A model generated the notes under the pieces. The model made no database searches. It was not told where the DNA came from and saw only the letters and a list, made by a program, of their open reading frames with translations. Of a stretch of 64,000 bases of DNA, positions 1-13,567 are shown one piece after another. How positions within the stretch are numbered: the first letter of the stretch is position 1; each line of letters begins with the position of its first letter. Source of the DNA: Macrostomum lignano (lineage: Eukaryota); NCBI GenBank assembly GCA_002269645.1, contig NIVC01003789.1, forward strand, positions 1 through 64,000, written 5' to 3'. The translations under genes were made by a program, and so were the position numbers.

Positions 1-210
1 GATCGGGATCCCAATCGGGGTGTGGGATCGGGATGTGGGATTGAGATGCGGGACCGGGATGCGCGGGTCGGGATGTGGGATCGGGATGTGGGATCGGGAT
101 GTGATCGGGATGTGGGATTGGGATGGGATCGGGATGCGGGATCGGGATGCGGATCGGGATGTGGGATTGGGATGTGGGATCGGGATGCGGGATCAGGAAC
201 GGAATCCTGG
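1..210. repeat. GGGATC/GGGATGT low-complexity tandem repeat
   Basis: Repeated gggatc gggatgt gggatt units; ORFs 20..259 and 22..267 are repeat translations. Confidence 0.9.
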
Positions 211-487
211 ATGTCAAAACCTGGATGTCTATTTTTTTTCAGATCGCAAACCCGTGTAGCTGAATAATCTTTTTGATTCGAATTTCTGTTTTTCAGTTTT
301 AAAGAAATTTGAGTTTTTCTGCCTCAGCTTTCGTGACTGCTTTTCGTATAGCGGAGAGGCTGCTCTTCTAGCCTGCAAAATATTCCCCTTTTTTGCACGA
401 TTTCACTCAGCGATTTGTCTTCTACTTCTTTTCTAATCTCGTACCAGCGTCTACCTTGCCTTCTAGCCTAAAAATACTGTTCACTTT

Positions 488-852
488 AATCCCCACCCCA
501 ATAAACTCGAATCCCCACCCCGATAAACTCGAATCCCCACCCCAATAAACTCAAATCCCCACCCCAATAGACTCGAATCCCCACCCCAATAGACTTGAAT
601 TCCCACCCCAATAAACTCGAATCCCCACCCCAATAGACTTGAATCCCCACCCCGATAGACTTGAATCCCCACCCCAATAAACTCGAATCCCCACCCCGAT
701 AAACTCAAATCCCCACCCCAATAGACTTGAATCCCCACCCCAATAGACTCGAATCCCCACCCCAATAGACTTGAATCCCCACCCCAATAAACTTGAATCC
801 CCACCCCAATAAACTCGAATCCCCACCCCGATAAACTCGAATCCCAATCTCA
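488..852. repeat. 22-bp minisatellite (aatccccaccccaataaactcg)
   Basis: Period of 22 bp (aat at 488 and 510), ~16 copies. Confidence 0.95.
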
Positions 853-2049
853 ATCAGGTGATTTTGATCCCCCACGCCCCCATTTATTCTTTCCTGGCGC
901 ACAAGGAGCAAAATATTTTCATAAGAGCAGATCAATAAATCTCCATGTCAGAACAGCCGAGAATTCAACTGGATGCTGGCCAGATGCAGTTACTGTAAAC
1001 AATGTCCCCTATATTATAATTTTTCAGCCCTTTCACAAACAGCAGCCGAAAATGACCCAGCCCTCACCTGATGGTGTCGAAAAAGAAGCAAGAAAATCGA
1101 AAACTGCAGCAGCAGCAAAACTAATGACAAGAAAGGCAGACTTGAGTAAGGCCTGATGAAGCTGTCTTGTATTCGGAAGCTGGATCAGAGACGGGGGTCT
1201 ACAGTTGCATGTGAATTCGGTTCTGCCCGCATCAAGTCATTCGCTGACACACAGACAGGGCGGGGCGATGCGGAAGCTGAATAAGTTGATGAAGCAGCCT
1301 TGAGCTGAGGGCGAGAGCGCGGCCAAGGCGTACTTGAACTGAAATCTCTGGACTGGCAAACTGCACCCCTGAAACCTTCGTTTCTTACAAGAGAACACCG
1401 GAAGCAGTTCGCTTTAGCTTTGTCTGCAGCACAGTGGAAATTCAGAGATCTGACTCACTGGCCAACTTCAAAGCAGGATTGATCAACAAAAATTTAAAGT
1501 TCAACCACAGTTCAACGCTTTTAGCGGAACATCCTTTGGTCTTCACTGAACAGAAATTCACAAATCATTTCTCAGTTTTAGTAGCAGAGCGCGGAAATCG
1601 ACCAGGGGCTTGTCGCGTGACGTTCATGCCAACCCGAAGGTACAAATAGCTCGTAATTATATTCGCTCTACAGTCGGGGACGCTGTACAAGCCTGCACAT
1701 CCGTGAGCGTGTGCGGAGCCTGACTTCAGAGTAAAAAAGACAGTGAAAGAGTTGCGAGTCCGGATGTCTCGTCTTAAAACTCCTCGGCCGGGCTGTAGAC
1801 CCGCACGGATCTGCATGGCCCCGATCTCTTTCGCAGGCAGCCTCGAGTCCGCGCGTCCTTCTCCCCAGCTATTCCGCGCTCATTTTTTCGCAGATTAGCC
1901 AAATTTAAGCTGCCTGCACTTCATCAAGGTCTATTCCCAGATACAGCCAGTCTCCCCCCAACTAATCATCTGCGAGCGACTTCCTCCGTCTTCTTTCAAG
2001 GCAGATTATTAAAAAATATATCTTTTTTCTTAAATTGCTCTGCTAGCGG

Positions 2050-3009
2050 AAATGTCTCAATACGTACGAGTAAGGAGCACCCGGCTGTCACGATACTCGC
2101 CAATTTCTAAGCAAAGATGAATAGGAAGACAAAAATCAACAATAAATAAATTTAATTTAACGACGCGTTTCGCACGATACTGTGCATCTTCAGGTTTATT
2201 TTTGAGCGAAAGAAACGAGTGAGATCGGCAGTAAATAAATAATATTTGAAGTACAGGTTTGTTGGTCCAAAAGTCGAGCGGCAAAGTCCAGGGACGGAAT
2301 GATAGCGATATAGTTAGAAGTATATAATGTACATCCAGTGTCCCCTCCCTCAGAACACACGGAGAACATGTCCCGCGCCACTGTGTTGGAGTTGAGTGTT
2401 GAGGTTGGGGGAATGCGCTTTAATGTACAGCGCTTCAAGTATCTGGAGTTTGGAGTCAAATGAGCATTGAGCAACGACTTTGAAGCGCTCTTCGGGTTTG
2501 CAGTTGGAGCAACAATTACACTCTAAGAGTGGTTTTGTAAAGCCGACGGTTTCAGCCAGTGCTCCCTGATTCTAGTGTGCAGGTGCCTTTTTGTCTTCCC
2601 CACGTAGTAGACGCTCTGGTCATCAGAGCAGTTGAACTGATAAACGACACCAGCACGAAGAGCACAGGGAACACGTGACTTCAACCGACCGACAAAGTTG
2701 TCAACCTTAGCAGAACGAAAGATGACCAGAGGTTTTTCAGGTTTATGAACCTCACAGACCCCGTAGAGCTGACCAAGTTGGCTCCCACTGGGCAGGATGT
2801 GCTGGTAAGTGCTTTTATCCATGAGCTTTACGGGGTTCTGTAAGGTTCATAAACCTGAAAACCTCTTAGACCAATCGTCTATGATTAACACCGCTGAATA
2901 TGAGCTGGCCAAGTATCTGGATTCCCTCATCAAGCCTCTCATTCCGTCTTACTTGCCAATCTTACTTGCCAAGCGAGCAAATTTACCTGAATTTTACTTT
3001 CAAATCTAA
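2050..3009 (-). mobile_element. Degenerate, internally deleted and partly inverted Penelope-like retroelement
   Basis: Minus strand GIY-YIG motif GVVYQFNC..YYVGKTKRHLHTRIREH, then after a frameshift LQILEALYIKAHSPNLNTQ..VLRVF* (stop 2352-2350). RT N-terminal motifs LYGVCEVHKPEKPL (minus) and CKVHKPE..INTAEYELAKYLDSLIKPL (plus, 2809-3009). Confidence 0.85.
2159..2196 (-). ncRNA. Minimal type I hammerhead ribozyme (Penelope-type)
   Basis: Minus strand reads aac-CTGAAGA-t-GCAC-agtatc-GTGC-GAAAC-GC-GTC-gtt: conserved core, 4-bp stem II, palindromic ACGCGT stem III, GUC cleavage triplet, 3-bp stem I; lies downstream of the PLE GIY-YIG ORF. Confidence 0.8.
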
Positions 3010-3289
3010 GCAAAGAAATTTAACTCAGGTAAGAATCACCACATTTTGCGTTCACCTTTAGAGACCGTCATCGTGAGGCTACGCGCGAAAGAGCAAGTGA
3101 ATGTAAGAGCAACTCACTCTACTGACAGTAAATGAATCAGGGTAATTTTAGAAAAAAACTTTGCAAACAATCAAATTTAAGAAATGTCGGGTATAGACCA
3201 AAAAAGCAATATCCGCAAGAGCGCTGTGGTCACCATGGCGCAACGCTTTCGGTCGATTGACTGCGGTCAAGCGGACAATTGACTGCGGT

Positions 3290-3560
3290 CAAGCGGACAA
3301 AATGACTGCCGACCGACAATTGACTGCCAGCAAAATGACTGCCGACAATTTGACTGCCGACAATTTGACTGCCGACAATTTGACTGCCGACAATTTGACT
3401 GCCGACAAAATGACTGCCGACAATTTGACTGCCGACAATTTGACTGCCGACAAAATGACTGCCGACAATTTGACTGCCGACAATTTGACTGCCGACAATT
3501 TGACTGCCGACAATTTGACTGCCGACAAAATGACTGCCGACAATTTGACTGCCGACAAAA
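3290..3560. repeat. 15-bp minisatellite (tgactgccgacaatt)
   Basis: Direct tandem copies; translates as LTADN repeats. Confidence 0.95.
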
Positions 3561-4298
3561 TGATGCTCCTAAAGTTTAGCACGTTTTTACTCTTTCACCT
3601 TAAAATGTGTCGTTCGGTGAAATATTATATTGATGTTATTTATTGTTGTCAAGATGTTAATTAGAATAACGCAGAACAGAATACACTTCCTGTGTAAATA
3701 CAGACTGCAATTCTAAAGGCACAAGTGGAACACTTTTTGTTTCTTGGAAAAACCTATATATAATAAAAGATTCCTTTTAATCTTGGAGGTCTAAGAAAGG
3801 GTGCTAAATCGATTTTGGAAAGGATCACTTAGGGCCGAAGATTCGAGATTCCCCCAGAGACCACCGCTAAAACGGTTGGAATTCTTAAAAAGCGCGTTTA
3901 ATTTCATTTTGGATACTCCTGAGTGCAGGGAATCCAGGCTTAGGGATATAGGATCTTTCTGATCTATCGATTTCAGAACCCCAGAAACGTGGAGCCAAAG
4001 GCAATGCAGGATTGCAGTCAGTCTGAGCCTGACACAGAGGAAGAGATCCTGAATTGAAATTGCAAAATTGCAAATTGCAATCCCTCAGGGAGGCAGTCTG
4101 GGTCAAAAGGCCTGCCCGCTCAGTTTCGCTCCAATTTCCAGAGGAAAAGTCGTCCAGCACGACATGGGAGAATGTTTTGTGCAATTTCGATACCGTGAGA
4201 GATATGACTGCATAAGGCCTGACACGGGCGTGTAGAATATTCAGTCCTTATCAATTCGGCCAATGTAGCTCACTAAGCATTCGTTCATTTGCTGACTG

Positions 4299-4511
4299 TT
4301 GGAGACTGCCGCTCTGTCATGGGGCATTTCAATGCGGCTTGCTCTACTCTACGCCGAGACCTGGACGCTGACGGACGAGCGAGCGAGCGATAAATGTGGT
4401 GCTGTATGGCGCCGGCCTGGCCCTTCTCCAAGCGACTTGTCGCGTCGCCGTCGGCGACATCAGCTGGCAGGCCACATCATCCGCGCCGAGTCGTACTGCC
4501 CAGTAGTATGA
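4299..4511 (+). pseudogene. Relic of a non-LTR retrotransposon C-terminal region (RTE-like)
   Basis: LLYAETWTLT and RRRRHQLAGHIIR resemble the LLYGxETW and RRRRLxxAGHxxR motifs downstream of RTE-type RT. Confidence 0.5.
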
Positions 4512-6322
4512 CTTTTTTGCACACCCTCTTAACTTAACTTTGAAATGGGGCTTCTAATGTATTTTCAAATGATTTTTCCTCACTACAACAGTTCCGCACT
4601 TCTGGCTCACCCTTGCCGCAAGCCTGCCACCTCCCATAACTCTCCAATGGCGGGCGCAGCCGGCCGCCCCCACTAGTCGATTTCTATTCAACCAAGGCGA
4701 AAGACAGGGCTTCTGATGTTTATTATCCGCAATTTTTGACGCAGCATCAGAACGTACATGTAATCGGTATCCAAGAGCACTAACAGTATATTCTTTGAGT
4801 ATAAGCAGAATAAGTAACAGAAGTGAAATATAATGTGTATGAGTATTTGTTCTAATCGCCCGGATTACCGTATACCACACACCCTCTGCACCGGCCACGT
4901 CCCCGGAGGTTGTTCTGCTGATGCTTAAAAGGAAAGACATCTTGGTCTCTTTTACAGAGCAGAATTCATTTGATAAAAAAGATTAACATGCCTGCACTCG
5001 CAAAGTTGTGAACTCCTTCACCAGTTCGTCCGTCAGGCAGTTCACTTTTTGAGACCAGGCGCTCCACAATTGGGTACGAGTGTCATATGGCAAAGACTAA
5101 GTGGTAATTGATGGGTGATTTGTTGTGAGTTGATTGTAGGGCGAACGAGCCTTGAAAATTCAAGCTTTGTTGTTGTTGTTGTTGTAAAATTCAAAATTCA
5201 ATATTTTTCAACTCTTACCATTTCTAATGGAACGTGCGAGTTTGCGACCTGGAACATCTTTGTGGTCTTGTAGGGATCACCGGCGCAGTTCCGTACCGTT
5301 GGTGCCACTGCAGATACCCTACGGCCTACGCGAATTGACAGAAGCAGATGTTGAAACAGAATAAATAATGTCACAGCTCGTACTTTGTGTAAAACGTTGC
5401 AGCAAAAAGGAGTTTTTTCCGTATTCGTTTTTGGACATACCCACCAAGATTGACAACTCTACGCAGTTACCAAGGGAGGACGAATTCTTCAATAAACTTG
5501 CAATTCAGATATCACACTAAACCAGATAGATCAAGATTTCTTATCCCCCAACTTTTCATGCCATGCTCTGCCCAGTCTCTCTTGATTAAGCATCGCCTGA
5601 CTTTTCATTCCAATTCGTCATGCAGCTAACCTCAAAGACAAGTTTTTATCGTGTTGACAAGGTGGCCAAAGGTAGGAACACACCAAGTTTTCTATTGACA
5701 ATAAAATCCTACCTTCTTGAAGCAGTCGTTGAGTGTCTTGACAGTCCTGCGTGCTAATGGGCTGAACAACTAACTGACATTATGCTGGAATTTCATTGGC
5801 CCGCAGAGCATTCGGCAGCAACACAGCAACACTGTAAATGGGATCGCCACACAATGTGATGTTTCTCTGATTTGCTGGCATTGGAAGAAGTCCGGATGTA
5901 ATAATATAAAAAGCAGTAATGTTACATGGAGGAATAAAGTAAGCTTTAATTAGACTTATAACGTTCACGGACGGAGAACGATATCAAACCAACAGAATCT
6001 GACGGAGCAACAGAAGCTACTGGCAGAGCAGTAGTTGGAATTGAATCCTTGGATAAAAGAATCCATGGAAAGTAGAACAGAGTCCACTGACGGAAGAATA
6101 GGATGGGCAGACGACGCCGGCCGACCACCGACGCGTCTTCGCTGCCTCGCCTGGCCTTCGTCGCGTTCTCCGAGGCTGCAACAGAAGCAGCGGGCATCGC
6201 CGTCCCTCGAACACTGTAGCAATCACCTTCGCCGCATCGCCCAGCTAGAGGCAGCACCAGGTTGCGCCGACGAGCTTCAGCGTGTTCGACTCGGCCTGGC
6301 CTGTCAGTTGCAGCCCAGCTTG

Positions 6323-6772
6323 ATGGCCTGGGTTCGACTCCGCCGATGCCTGTTGGCTCTCGCAGCCGCAGCGCTGATCGGCGGCCTCACCTACGGCCTG
6401 GCCAGGGCGAGGGACCCCCGGCTGGATGACATCGGGCAGCTGGACGCGTCTGCCAATCTCGACTGGCTGATCGGCACGCCACTGTTGCTGTTCGGCGCCC
6501 TGGGGCTGCTGCTGGCCGCCCAAGCCGTGGCCTGCCGCCTGCGGCTGGTCAGCCTGCGACTGCACAGGCGGCTGGCCGCCCAGCTGCCTCTCATGACGGC
6601 CGTCGCCAGCCCGAATCCGAATTCTACTTCTAATTTGAATCCAAATCCGAATTCGAATTCCAACAAAACCCGGAATTCACCCGGACACCAGCGGAACCGC
6701 CACCCGAATCCGGTCCCGGCCGAGTCACCAGCATCAGTTCTGGTCAACCCGGCCTGCACTCGATTCGAGTAG
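6323..6772 (+). CDS. Hypothetical small membrane protein (two hydrophobic segments, N/P-rich tail); may be a terminal exon
   Basis: GC-rich ORF MAWVRLRRCLLALAAAALIGGLTYG...LIGTPLLLFGALGLLLAAQAV; codon style like neighbouring host genes; no family recognised. Confidence 0.4.
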   Translation: MAWVRLRRCLLALAAAALIGGLTYGLARARDPRLDDIGQLDASANLDWLIGTPLLLFGALGLLLAAQAVACRLRLVSLRLHRRLAAQLPLMTAVASPNPNSTSNLNPNPNSNSNKTRNSPGHQRNRHPNPVPAESPASVLVNPACTRFE

Positions 6773-7123
6773 CCCAGCTGCAATCTGTGCACATAAAATC
6801 TGCATTTTCTACACAGCTTTGCACTACCGCGGATGCGCTACAAAAACTGGCAACCGAAAATCCCAGTCCGGCCATAAAATTATTGATGAAGCAGGCGGGA
6901 TGCTGCCTAGGAATAAAAGCTGGGATAAACTAAATCTTACAAGAGAAGCATCTCGTAAGAGTAGGAGGGAACCCTGCTGAGAACAGCTAGTCTGTGCGTG
7001 TCGGCCAAATATATTGCATACCACTGTGGAAGAGTGTCCCAGAAAAAGTACAAAATTTACTGATAGTCATATACAAGCAGAATCCTGACACATTCATGCA
7101 TATATATTTCTAATCCAAGCAGC

Positions 7124-7297
7124 GATACAATACATCTCATCTAGATACAATACATCTCATCTAGATACAATACATCTCATCTAGATACAATACATCTCAT
7201 CTAGATACAATACATCTCATCTAGATACAATACATCTCATCTAGATACAATACATCTCATCTAGATACAATACATCTCATCTAGATACAATACATCT
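7124..7297. repeat. 20-bp minisatellite (gatacaatacatctcatcta)
   Basis: About 8.5 near-perfect copies. Confidence 0.95.
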
Positions 7298-7694
7298 TAA
7301 AATGGACGGAAGCAGTCAAGTTATAGAAAAATCAACAGCGATACAGCACCAGAGAATTCTGAAAGCAAATAATAGAATTATTGATTGACTATGTAAAAAA
7401 AGCTTTAAAAATCAAATCAAATAATTATTGAACTATTTGCGATTTTATGCGCGCAATCAGCTACTAACAACGGCTAGTAGGTGAGTAAGGGTTTTTCTAA
7501 ACAGTTCTAAGAAAATAAATAGAAAAAAAGCAATGGATTGCAAGCAAAGCTAGCTCATATTTAACAGATTAAGATAAGGTTTGATTTGAACGAGAATTCA
7601 AGGCGGTTCTCAGAGATGACAGGGCAGACAGCAGCAGCCTGGTTTCAGCCGGTATCTTGCGGATGCTCTAGCGATACATTTACTCAACAACCTG

Positions 7695-10600
7695 CTAGCA
7701 GGGCGGCGCATCCTTAAGCACGCCGAACACCACGCTGAGCAGGAAGCCAACCACCGCGCCGACTGCCGCGCCAGCCTGCGTGGCGACGCCAGTCAGACGC
7801 AGCCAGCGTCGGCCCTCGCCGCTGCTACCGCCCTCGCTGACGCTGGCAGCGATGCAGGCCTTGGCGAAGCTGAACAGCCCCGACGCGGCTGTCCAGCCGA
7901 TGATCATGAGGGCGGCGCCAAGGCCGCCGTGCAGCAGAGGCGGCGTCGGTGACATGGCGGCCAGCGTGGTGACGTAGCCGCTGGCCAGACAGCCGGCGGC
8001 CACCAGAGCCAGCAGGCTGCGGGCAGTCCGGGCCCGCCAGGCAAAGGTGGCAAAGCAGGCCAGGGGGTTGGCCAGGTTGGCCAGGGTCACGGCCAGGTGG
8101 TAGGCGCTGTAGCCGTATGGCAGGGCAGAGTAGGACTGCAACGAGGGCAGCAGGCCGGTGCCCCAGGCGTTCAGCAGGGCCACCAGGCAGAGCAGGAAGG
8201 CGCGATTGGGTGCGCTGCCGCTTCGGCGAGGCTGCCGAAGGCTGGTGGTCTCGTCCGGGGTGTTGCGATGGCTGGCATCGGGCTGAGGGGATACCTGAAT
8301 GGGGGGGGGGTTGAATCGCTGCAAGCACAGTCTTGGAGTCAAATTACCGCAGGGTCAACTACATCCGGTAGCTCAACCGGAAATTACTTCGGTTCGTGAT
8401 GTACCCGGATAAAGCTCGGGAAAATGTTTCTGATATTATAAAGTTCTTCTCAGTAGTTTCTCATCCTCCTACTTTTCATTGTCTAAACGCCGATTAAACC
8501 TGAGATAAGCCACCCACCTGGGCTCCGGAGGCGGCCAGCTGCTGCTCAGTCTTCAATGGCGGCCTATTAGCCAGCTTAAACGGCCAGGCGGTGAGCAGCC
8601 AGAAGGCCAGCAGGCTGTAGCAGAGCATGCCGCACAGCAGGCCGTAGAATGCGCCCACAGAGTAGCGGGGCGGCGCGTACTCCGGATGCGTGCCGTTGAT
8701 GCACTCTGGGGCGCCGCCCGAGCCCTGGGAATGATAAATAGGTCGGCTTTCTAAGAAAATATCGGCGTTCTAATGCTTCAACATTGAAGCAGTTTATCGC
8801 CCAGTCGGTTCTGGACTATTTATGGTAACTTTGTAAAGGCCTTTTTAATATGCAAGTATCAAAAAACTGTTTTTTCGATACATATCGGCAGAAAAGTTTC
8901 CTGAGCAATACAAGCTTAAGACAAGCTTATCTTTTAAGCACCGATATGCATAGAAATTAGAAACCTAGGTATAAGAGTAGGTAGGATGAGAAGTAGAGTG
9001 CAAAGTAGCCTACTATAAGTAGCAATATTGAGCAGTGTGAGAAGGAGTTGATTTGGTAAAGTAGACCCACCAACCAAAAAGCGAGCGAAGGTGCCCACCC
9101 TCAGTTTCTGCTTTCATCGAAAATATAATTGCAATTTCGTGTGTTCATTGTGTTGAAATTTTTTGTAGTAATTACTGTTCGATAACGATAAGGCGGCACT
9201 TATACGCTGCTGCACCTGTGCGCCATGGCTTATGCCGATGGGGCCTTGGTTCTTAGCCGTTGAACTGCGCACTTTCGCCAACATATTTATGGCCTACAAG
9301 AAAAAGCTTGACTAAATACAATGACCAAATGACTTTTCATTGTACAGCAAGGCCAGACTGTAGCGATTCTTATCTTTAACCGCTGAGTGCTGCATAATAG
9401 CAGTGCCGATTGACCTGCAGTCCGCTTTCTATAAGCTGCGAAGTGCGAAGCATTAGAATACAGTAATTTTTCTTAGCATCAAGCACACCAAATACTTCAC
9501 GTGAAATGCTTTTTTGGATACATAAACTTATGAGGCTCATACTGACGCACTTGAATCTGCAGATAGTATGAGATTTGCTAGCCTAAGTTTATTAGCGAGA
9601 AATTTGCCTGCCGAAATCTGCTAGCCGAATTTGCTGCCTTGTTCTCTTATTTGCTGTTTGTTTTCATATCGACAAGTTAATCAGCCGCTTTGATTCGTAC
9701 GAGTATAAATATATGGCTCGTACTGCCACTGACAGCTACTAGCAAGCTTCGGCTAGCAAATTTCCTGTTAGCAAACTTGATACTGCCTCTCCGCTCTCCC
9801 TCAGCGCTTGAATCTGCATCTCCGCTCTGCCTCAGCGCTTGAATCTGCCTCTCCGCTCTGCCTCAGCGCTTGAATCTGCCTCTCCGCTCTGCCTCAGCGC
9901 TTGAATCTGCATCTCCGCTCTCCCTCAGCGCTTGAATCTGCCTCTCCGCTCTCCCTCAGCGCTTGAATCTGCCTCTCCGCTCTGCCTCAGCGCTTGAATC
10001 TGCCTCTCCGCTCTGCCTCAGCGCTTGAATCTGCATCTCCGCTCTCCCTCAGCGCTTGAATCTGCATCTCCGCTCTGCCTCAGCGCTTGAATCTGCCTCT
10101 CCGCTCTCCCTCAGCGCTTGAATCTGCCTCTCCGCTCTCCCTCAGCGCTTGAATCTGCCTCTCCGCTCTCCCTCAGCGCTTGAATCTGCCTCTCCGCTCT
10201 GCCTCAGCGCTTGAATCTGCCTCTCCGCTCTGCCTCAGCGCTTGAATCTGCATCTCCGCTCTCCCTCAGCGCTTGAATCTGCCTCTCCGCTCTCCCTCAG
10301 CGCTTGAATCTGCCTCTCCGCTCTGCCTCAGCGCTTGAATCTGCCTCTCCGCTCTGCCTCAGCGCTTGAATCTGCATCTCCGCTCTCCCTCAGCGCTTGA
10401 ATCTGCATCTCCGCTCTCCCTCAGCGCTTGAATCTGCCTCTCCGCTCTCCCTCAGCGCTTGAATCTGCCTCTCCGCTCTGCCTCAGCGCTTGAATCTGCC
10501 TCTCCGCTCTGCCTCAGCGCTTGAATCTGCCTCTCCGCTCTGCCTCAGCGCTTGAATCTGCCTCTCCGCTCTCCCTCAGCGCTTGAATCTGCCTCTCCGC

Positions 10601-11578
10601 TCTGCCTCAGCGCTTGAATCTGCCTCTCCGCTCTCTCCCCAGTGCTTGAATCTGCCTCTCCGCTCTCCCCAATCCCTTAATCTGCCTCTCCACTCTCCCC
10701 AGTTCTTGAATCTGCCTCTCCGCTCTCCCCAATCCCCGAATCTACCTCTCCGCTCCCCCCCCCCAGTGCTTGAATCTGCCTCTCCGCTTTCCCCAGTTCT
10801 TGAATCTGCCTCTCCGCTCTCCCCAATCCCCGAATCTACCTCTCCGCTCCCCCCCCCCCAGTGCTTGAATCTGCCTCTCCGCTTTCCCCAGTTCTTGAAT
10901 CTGCCTCTCCGCTCTCCCCAATCCCCGAATCTACCTCTCCGCTCTCTCCCAGTGCTTGAATCTGCCTCTCCGCTCTTTCCCAGTGCTTGAATCTGCCTCT
11001 CCGCTCTCACTCAGACCATCACGGCAAGACCCAGTCAATGGACTCACCTGTATCAATGCCAGCAGCCCTGGGATCAGTCCGCCAACTCCTTCGCCAACGT
11101 ACAGGGCGCTCAGATACGCGGTGGGATAGGCGGACATGTAGCTGAGATAGACAACAGAGGAGGAGCAGTCTACCAGGGACAGGGTCAGCACTACCAGCAT
11201 GAGTGGAAGGCTGCGACCGTCGATGGTGATTGGCCAGACGAAGGCGAGCACAAGCAAAGCCACGGCGCCAGTCGCATTGATGACGAACACGCCTGCCCGG
11301 TCAGTGAATTTGCCGCGGCTAAGCCGGCTGGCCAACAGGAAGGCGGCCGGGCCGATGTTGCCCAGCTGCACAATCACGGCCAGGTAGGACGGCAGCGACC
11401 AGCCCTCCGGCAGGCTCTTCACCATCAGCGGCAGCTGGTTGAACACGCCATTGATGTCGATCCAGGAGCCCAGGGCGAAGCTGCCAATTAGAAAGCAGGC
11501 CAGCATTGACAGACGCGGCGGAGCTGGGCGCGGTGAAGGAGGCGCCTCAGGCCGCTCAGACATGGACGGCAGCGACAT
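7695..11578 (-). CDS. SLC52A: SLC52-family riboflavin transporter; exons 11578-11048, 8724-8518, 8294-7695 (~445 aa)
   Basis: GSWIDINGVFNQLPLMVKSLPEGWSLPSYL, YVGEGVGGLIPGLLALIQ|GSGG..C.N..P.YSVGAF, GLLPSLQSYSALPYGYSAYHLAVTLANLANPLAC. GT-AG introns in phase 0 restore one ORF. Confidence 0.92.
9784..11010. repeat. 31-bp minisatellite in SLC52 intron 1 (cttgaatctgcctctccgctctccctcagcg)
   Basis: Period of 31 bp (tcagcg at 9801 and 9832); diverging variants near 10620-11010. Confidence 0.95.
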
Positions 11579-12950
11579 GGACTGTCTGCTGGCTGGCGCT
11601 TTTGGCTCCTGTCAGTCCGAGTCGAATTTGGGGAATTGAGCAGCCGCATGCCAAAATCATCTCTGATTACTAACGAAAATTGAATTCATCAGGTGGCTCA
11701 ACCTGAGGATCTGGGAGGGTGACAATGGCCTGGTCTGAGGATCTGAGAGGGTGACAATGGCCTGGTCTGAGGATCTAGGAGGGTGACAATGGCCTAGTCT
11801 AAAGGGTCTGTGGGGATGACAATGGCCTAGTCTAAGGGTCTAGGAGAATGGCAATGGCCTAAGGGTCTAGAAGTATAGTGACCTAGCCTAATGGCTTTGG
11901 AAGTCATAATCTAGCCTAAAGACTAGGCTTTATGCAAAGTGATTCCATTGACATTAGAATTGTCCAAATAATGCCTTGAACTTTTAGACAAACATTTAAC
12001 ATTATAGCTTTAAAATCAAATCCTAGGTAAAAAGTTTAATTCTTTTTATGTAATATTATCCAAATTAAAAAAATGACACCTCAAAATTTGACTTTAAGTG
12101 CAATATAATACCTAATATCTAGATAAAAGCTTTCAAAAGTGTGGCTTAACCTTAGACTACATTGTTCTAAGAGGATAATAGCCTAGTCTAAAAAAATAGC
12201 ATACTAGCTTAAGAACCTTAGAGATTAAGAAATCTAAAAGTAAAAGATAAGAGATACTATACTTAAAAAAATAAAATATATAAAACTGGCTAATTCTAGA
12301 CTAATGTCATTTTTTCCTATACTTAGATTAGAAGAAAATAGGCCTAGGCTTAATGTTCATCAAACCACATTAACTTTTTATCAAATCCTTTCATACTACC
12401 ATTTGACTTAAATATAGTTGATATTTAAATATAGCTATAAAAAGTTAAATTAAACTTTTGATTGGAATGCAATATGCTTAAATAGTAAACTTTAATATAA
12501 AATGAGATATAATAATCATGCATGAAAGTTATGGTTTAGACTAGGCCTATAGAGATATACAAGTAATAGCAAGTAGTTTTCAACTAGGCCTATTCCTAGA
12601 ACTCTTACTTCTTTTGCAGTGGTACAACCATGGGGATAGAATGTAAATAGTTACCCCTATAGCCTTATAGGCAAAGACCTGAAAAAATCAAAGGGGAGAC
12701 CAAGCAAACTTTTACCAAAATATAGAGCCACTCTTTTTCTACCCCTTTTTTGGTCTTTACCTTCCAGAATCTACCCACCCTCAACAAATTTCTGGTTGCC
12801 CTACCATTCTTTTGATACCAAAGTAATAAAAAGTATAAACCTAGCTAGCTGAGCTATAAGTTTTAGGCTTTAGCTATACTCTATAGATAGGCACCTACTA
12901 GTTTATGAAAATTGATATAAATCCTATATACTAAAAATGGTCTGTCTGTG

Positions 12951-12983
<33 letters not shown>

Positions 12984-13567
12984 GTGATCGATTAGAGAAA
13001 AAATGGCTGGACCGATTTTGTTCGAACTTGCACTGTTCGATCAGAAATTTTCCCGTGACGGTACATGCATCGTGGCTAAGAAATTGCTCGATGCTAAAGG
13101 CATTAAATATTCGAAAAACATACTTTTTTGCAAAGGTCAAGCAAACTTTTCGACTTGAAATGCATTGTAAGAATGCTAGAGAAAAAACTGACTGGTTGAA
13201 TTCTGATTCTGAAATAGATTGCATCATAACTGAATTGTAACTCCGACTTGAATTGAAAATGCAGTGTGGAAGCGTAGCACCAGACTTGATTTAAATTGCG
13301 TAACCATATCCTATATACTAAAAATGAAAATTTTGTTTTGACTGAGAAACTGATTATGTCATAACTGCTTCGTGTGATTTACTCTATGCTTGGATTTTAA
13401 AGTGTTGAATTAAATAAGTGAAAAATTTGATGTTATCAAAACGATGAGAGCTAGCCTAGAGGTGAACAAACTGAACTGCTAAATGCAGCGACGATGATTC
13501 GAATTTTCATAGAGTATAATTTTTTTAATTAAAGCTTTTCAACGTCAGGAAAACTAAAAGACTTTTT

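Noticed and set aside
1153-1190. CTGATGA resembling a second hammerhead core
   Set aside because: No GAAA after a stem II; the structure cannot be completed.
5300-5968. Possible Harbinger-type transposase relic (LCGDPIYS)
   Set aside because: A single short motif in a broken frame; insufficient support.
9575-9780. Short imperfect inverted repeats (gctagccgaa / ttcggctagc) in the SLC52 intron
   Set aside because: Too short and degenerate, with no TSD; not callable as a MITE.
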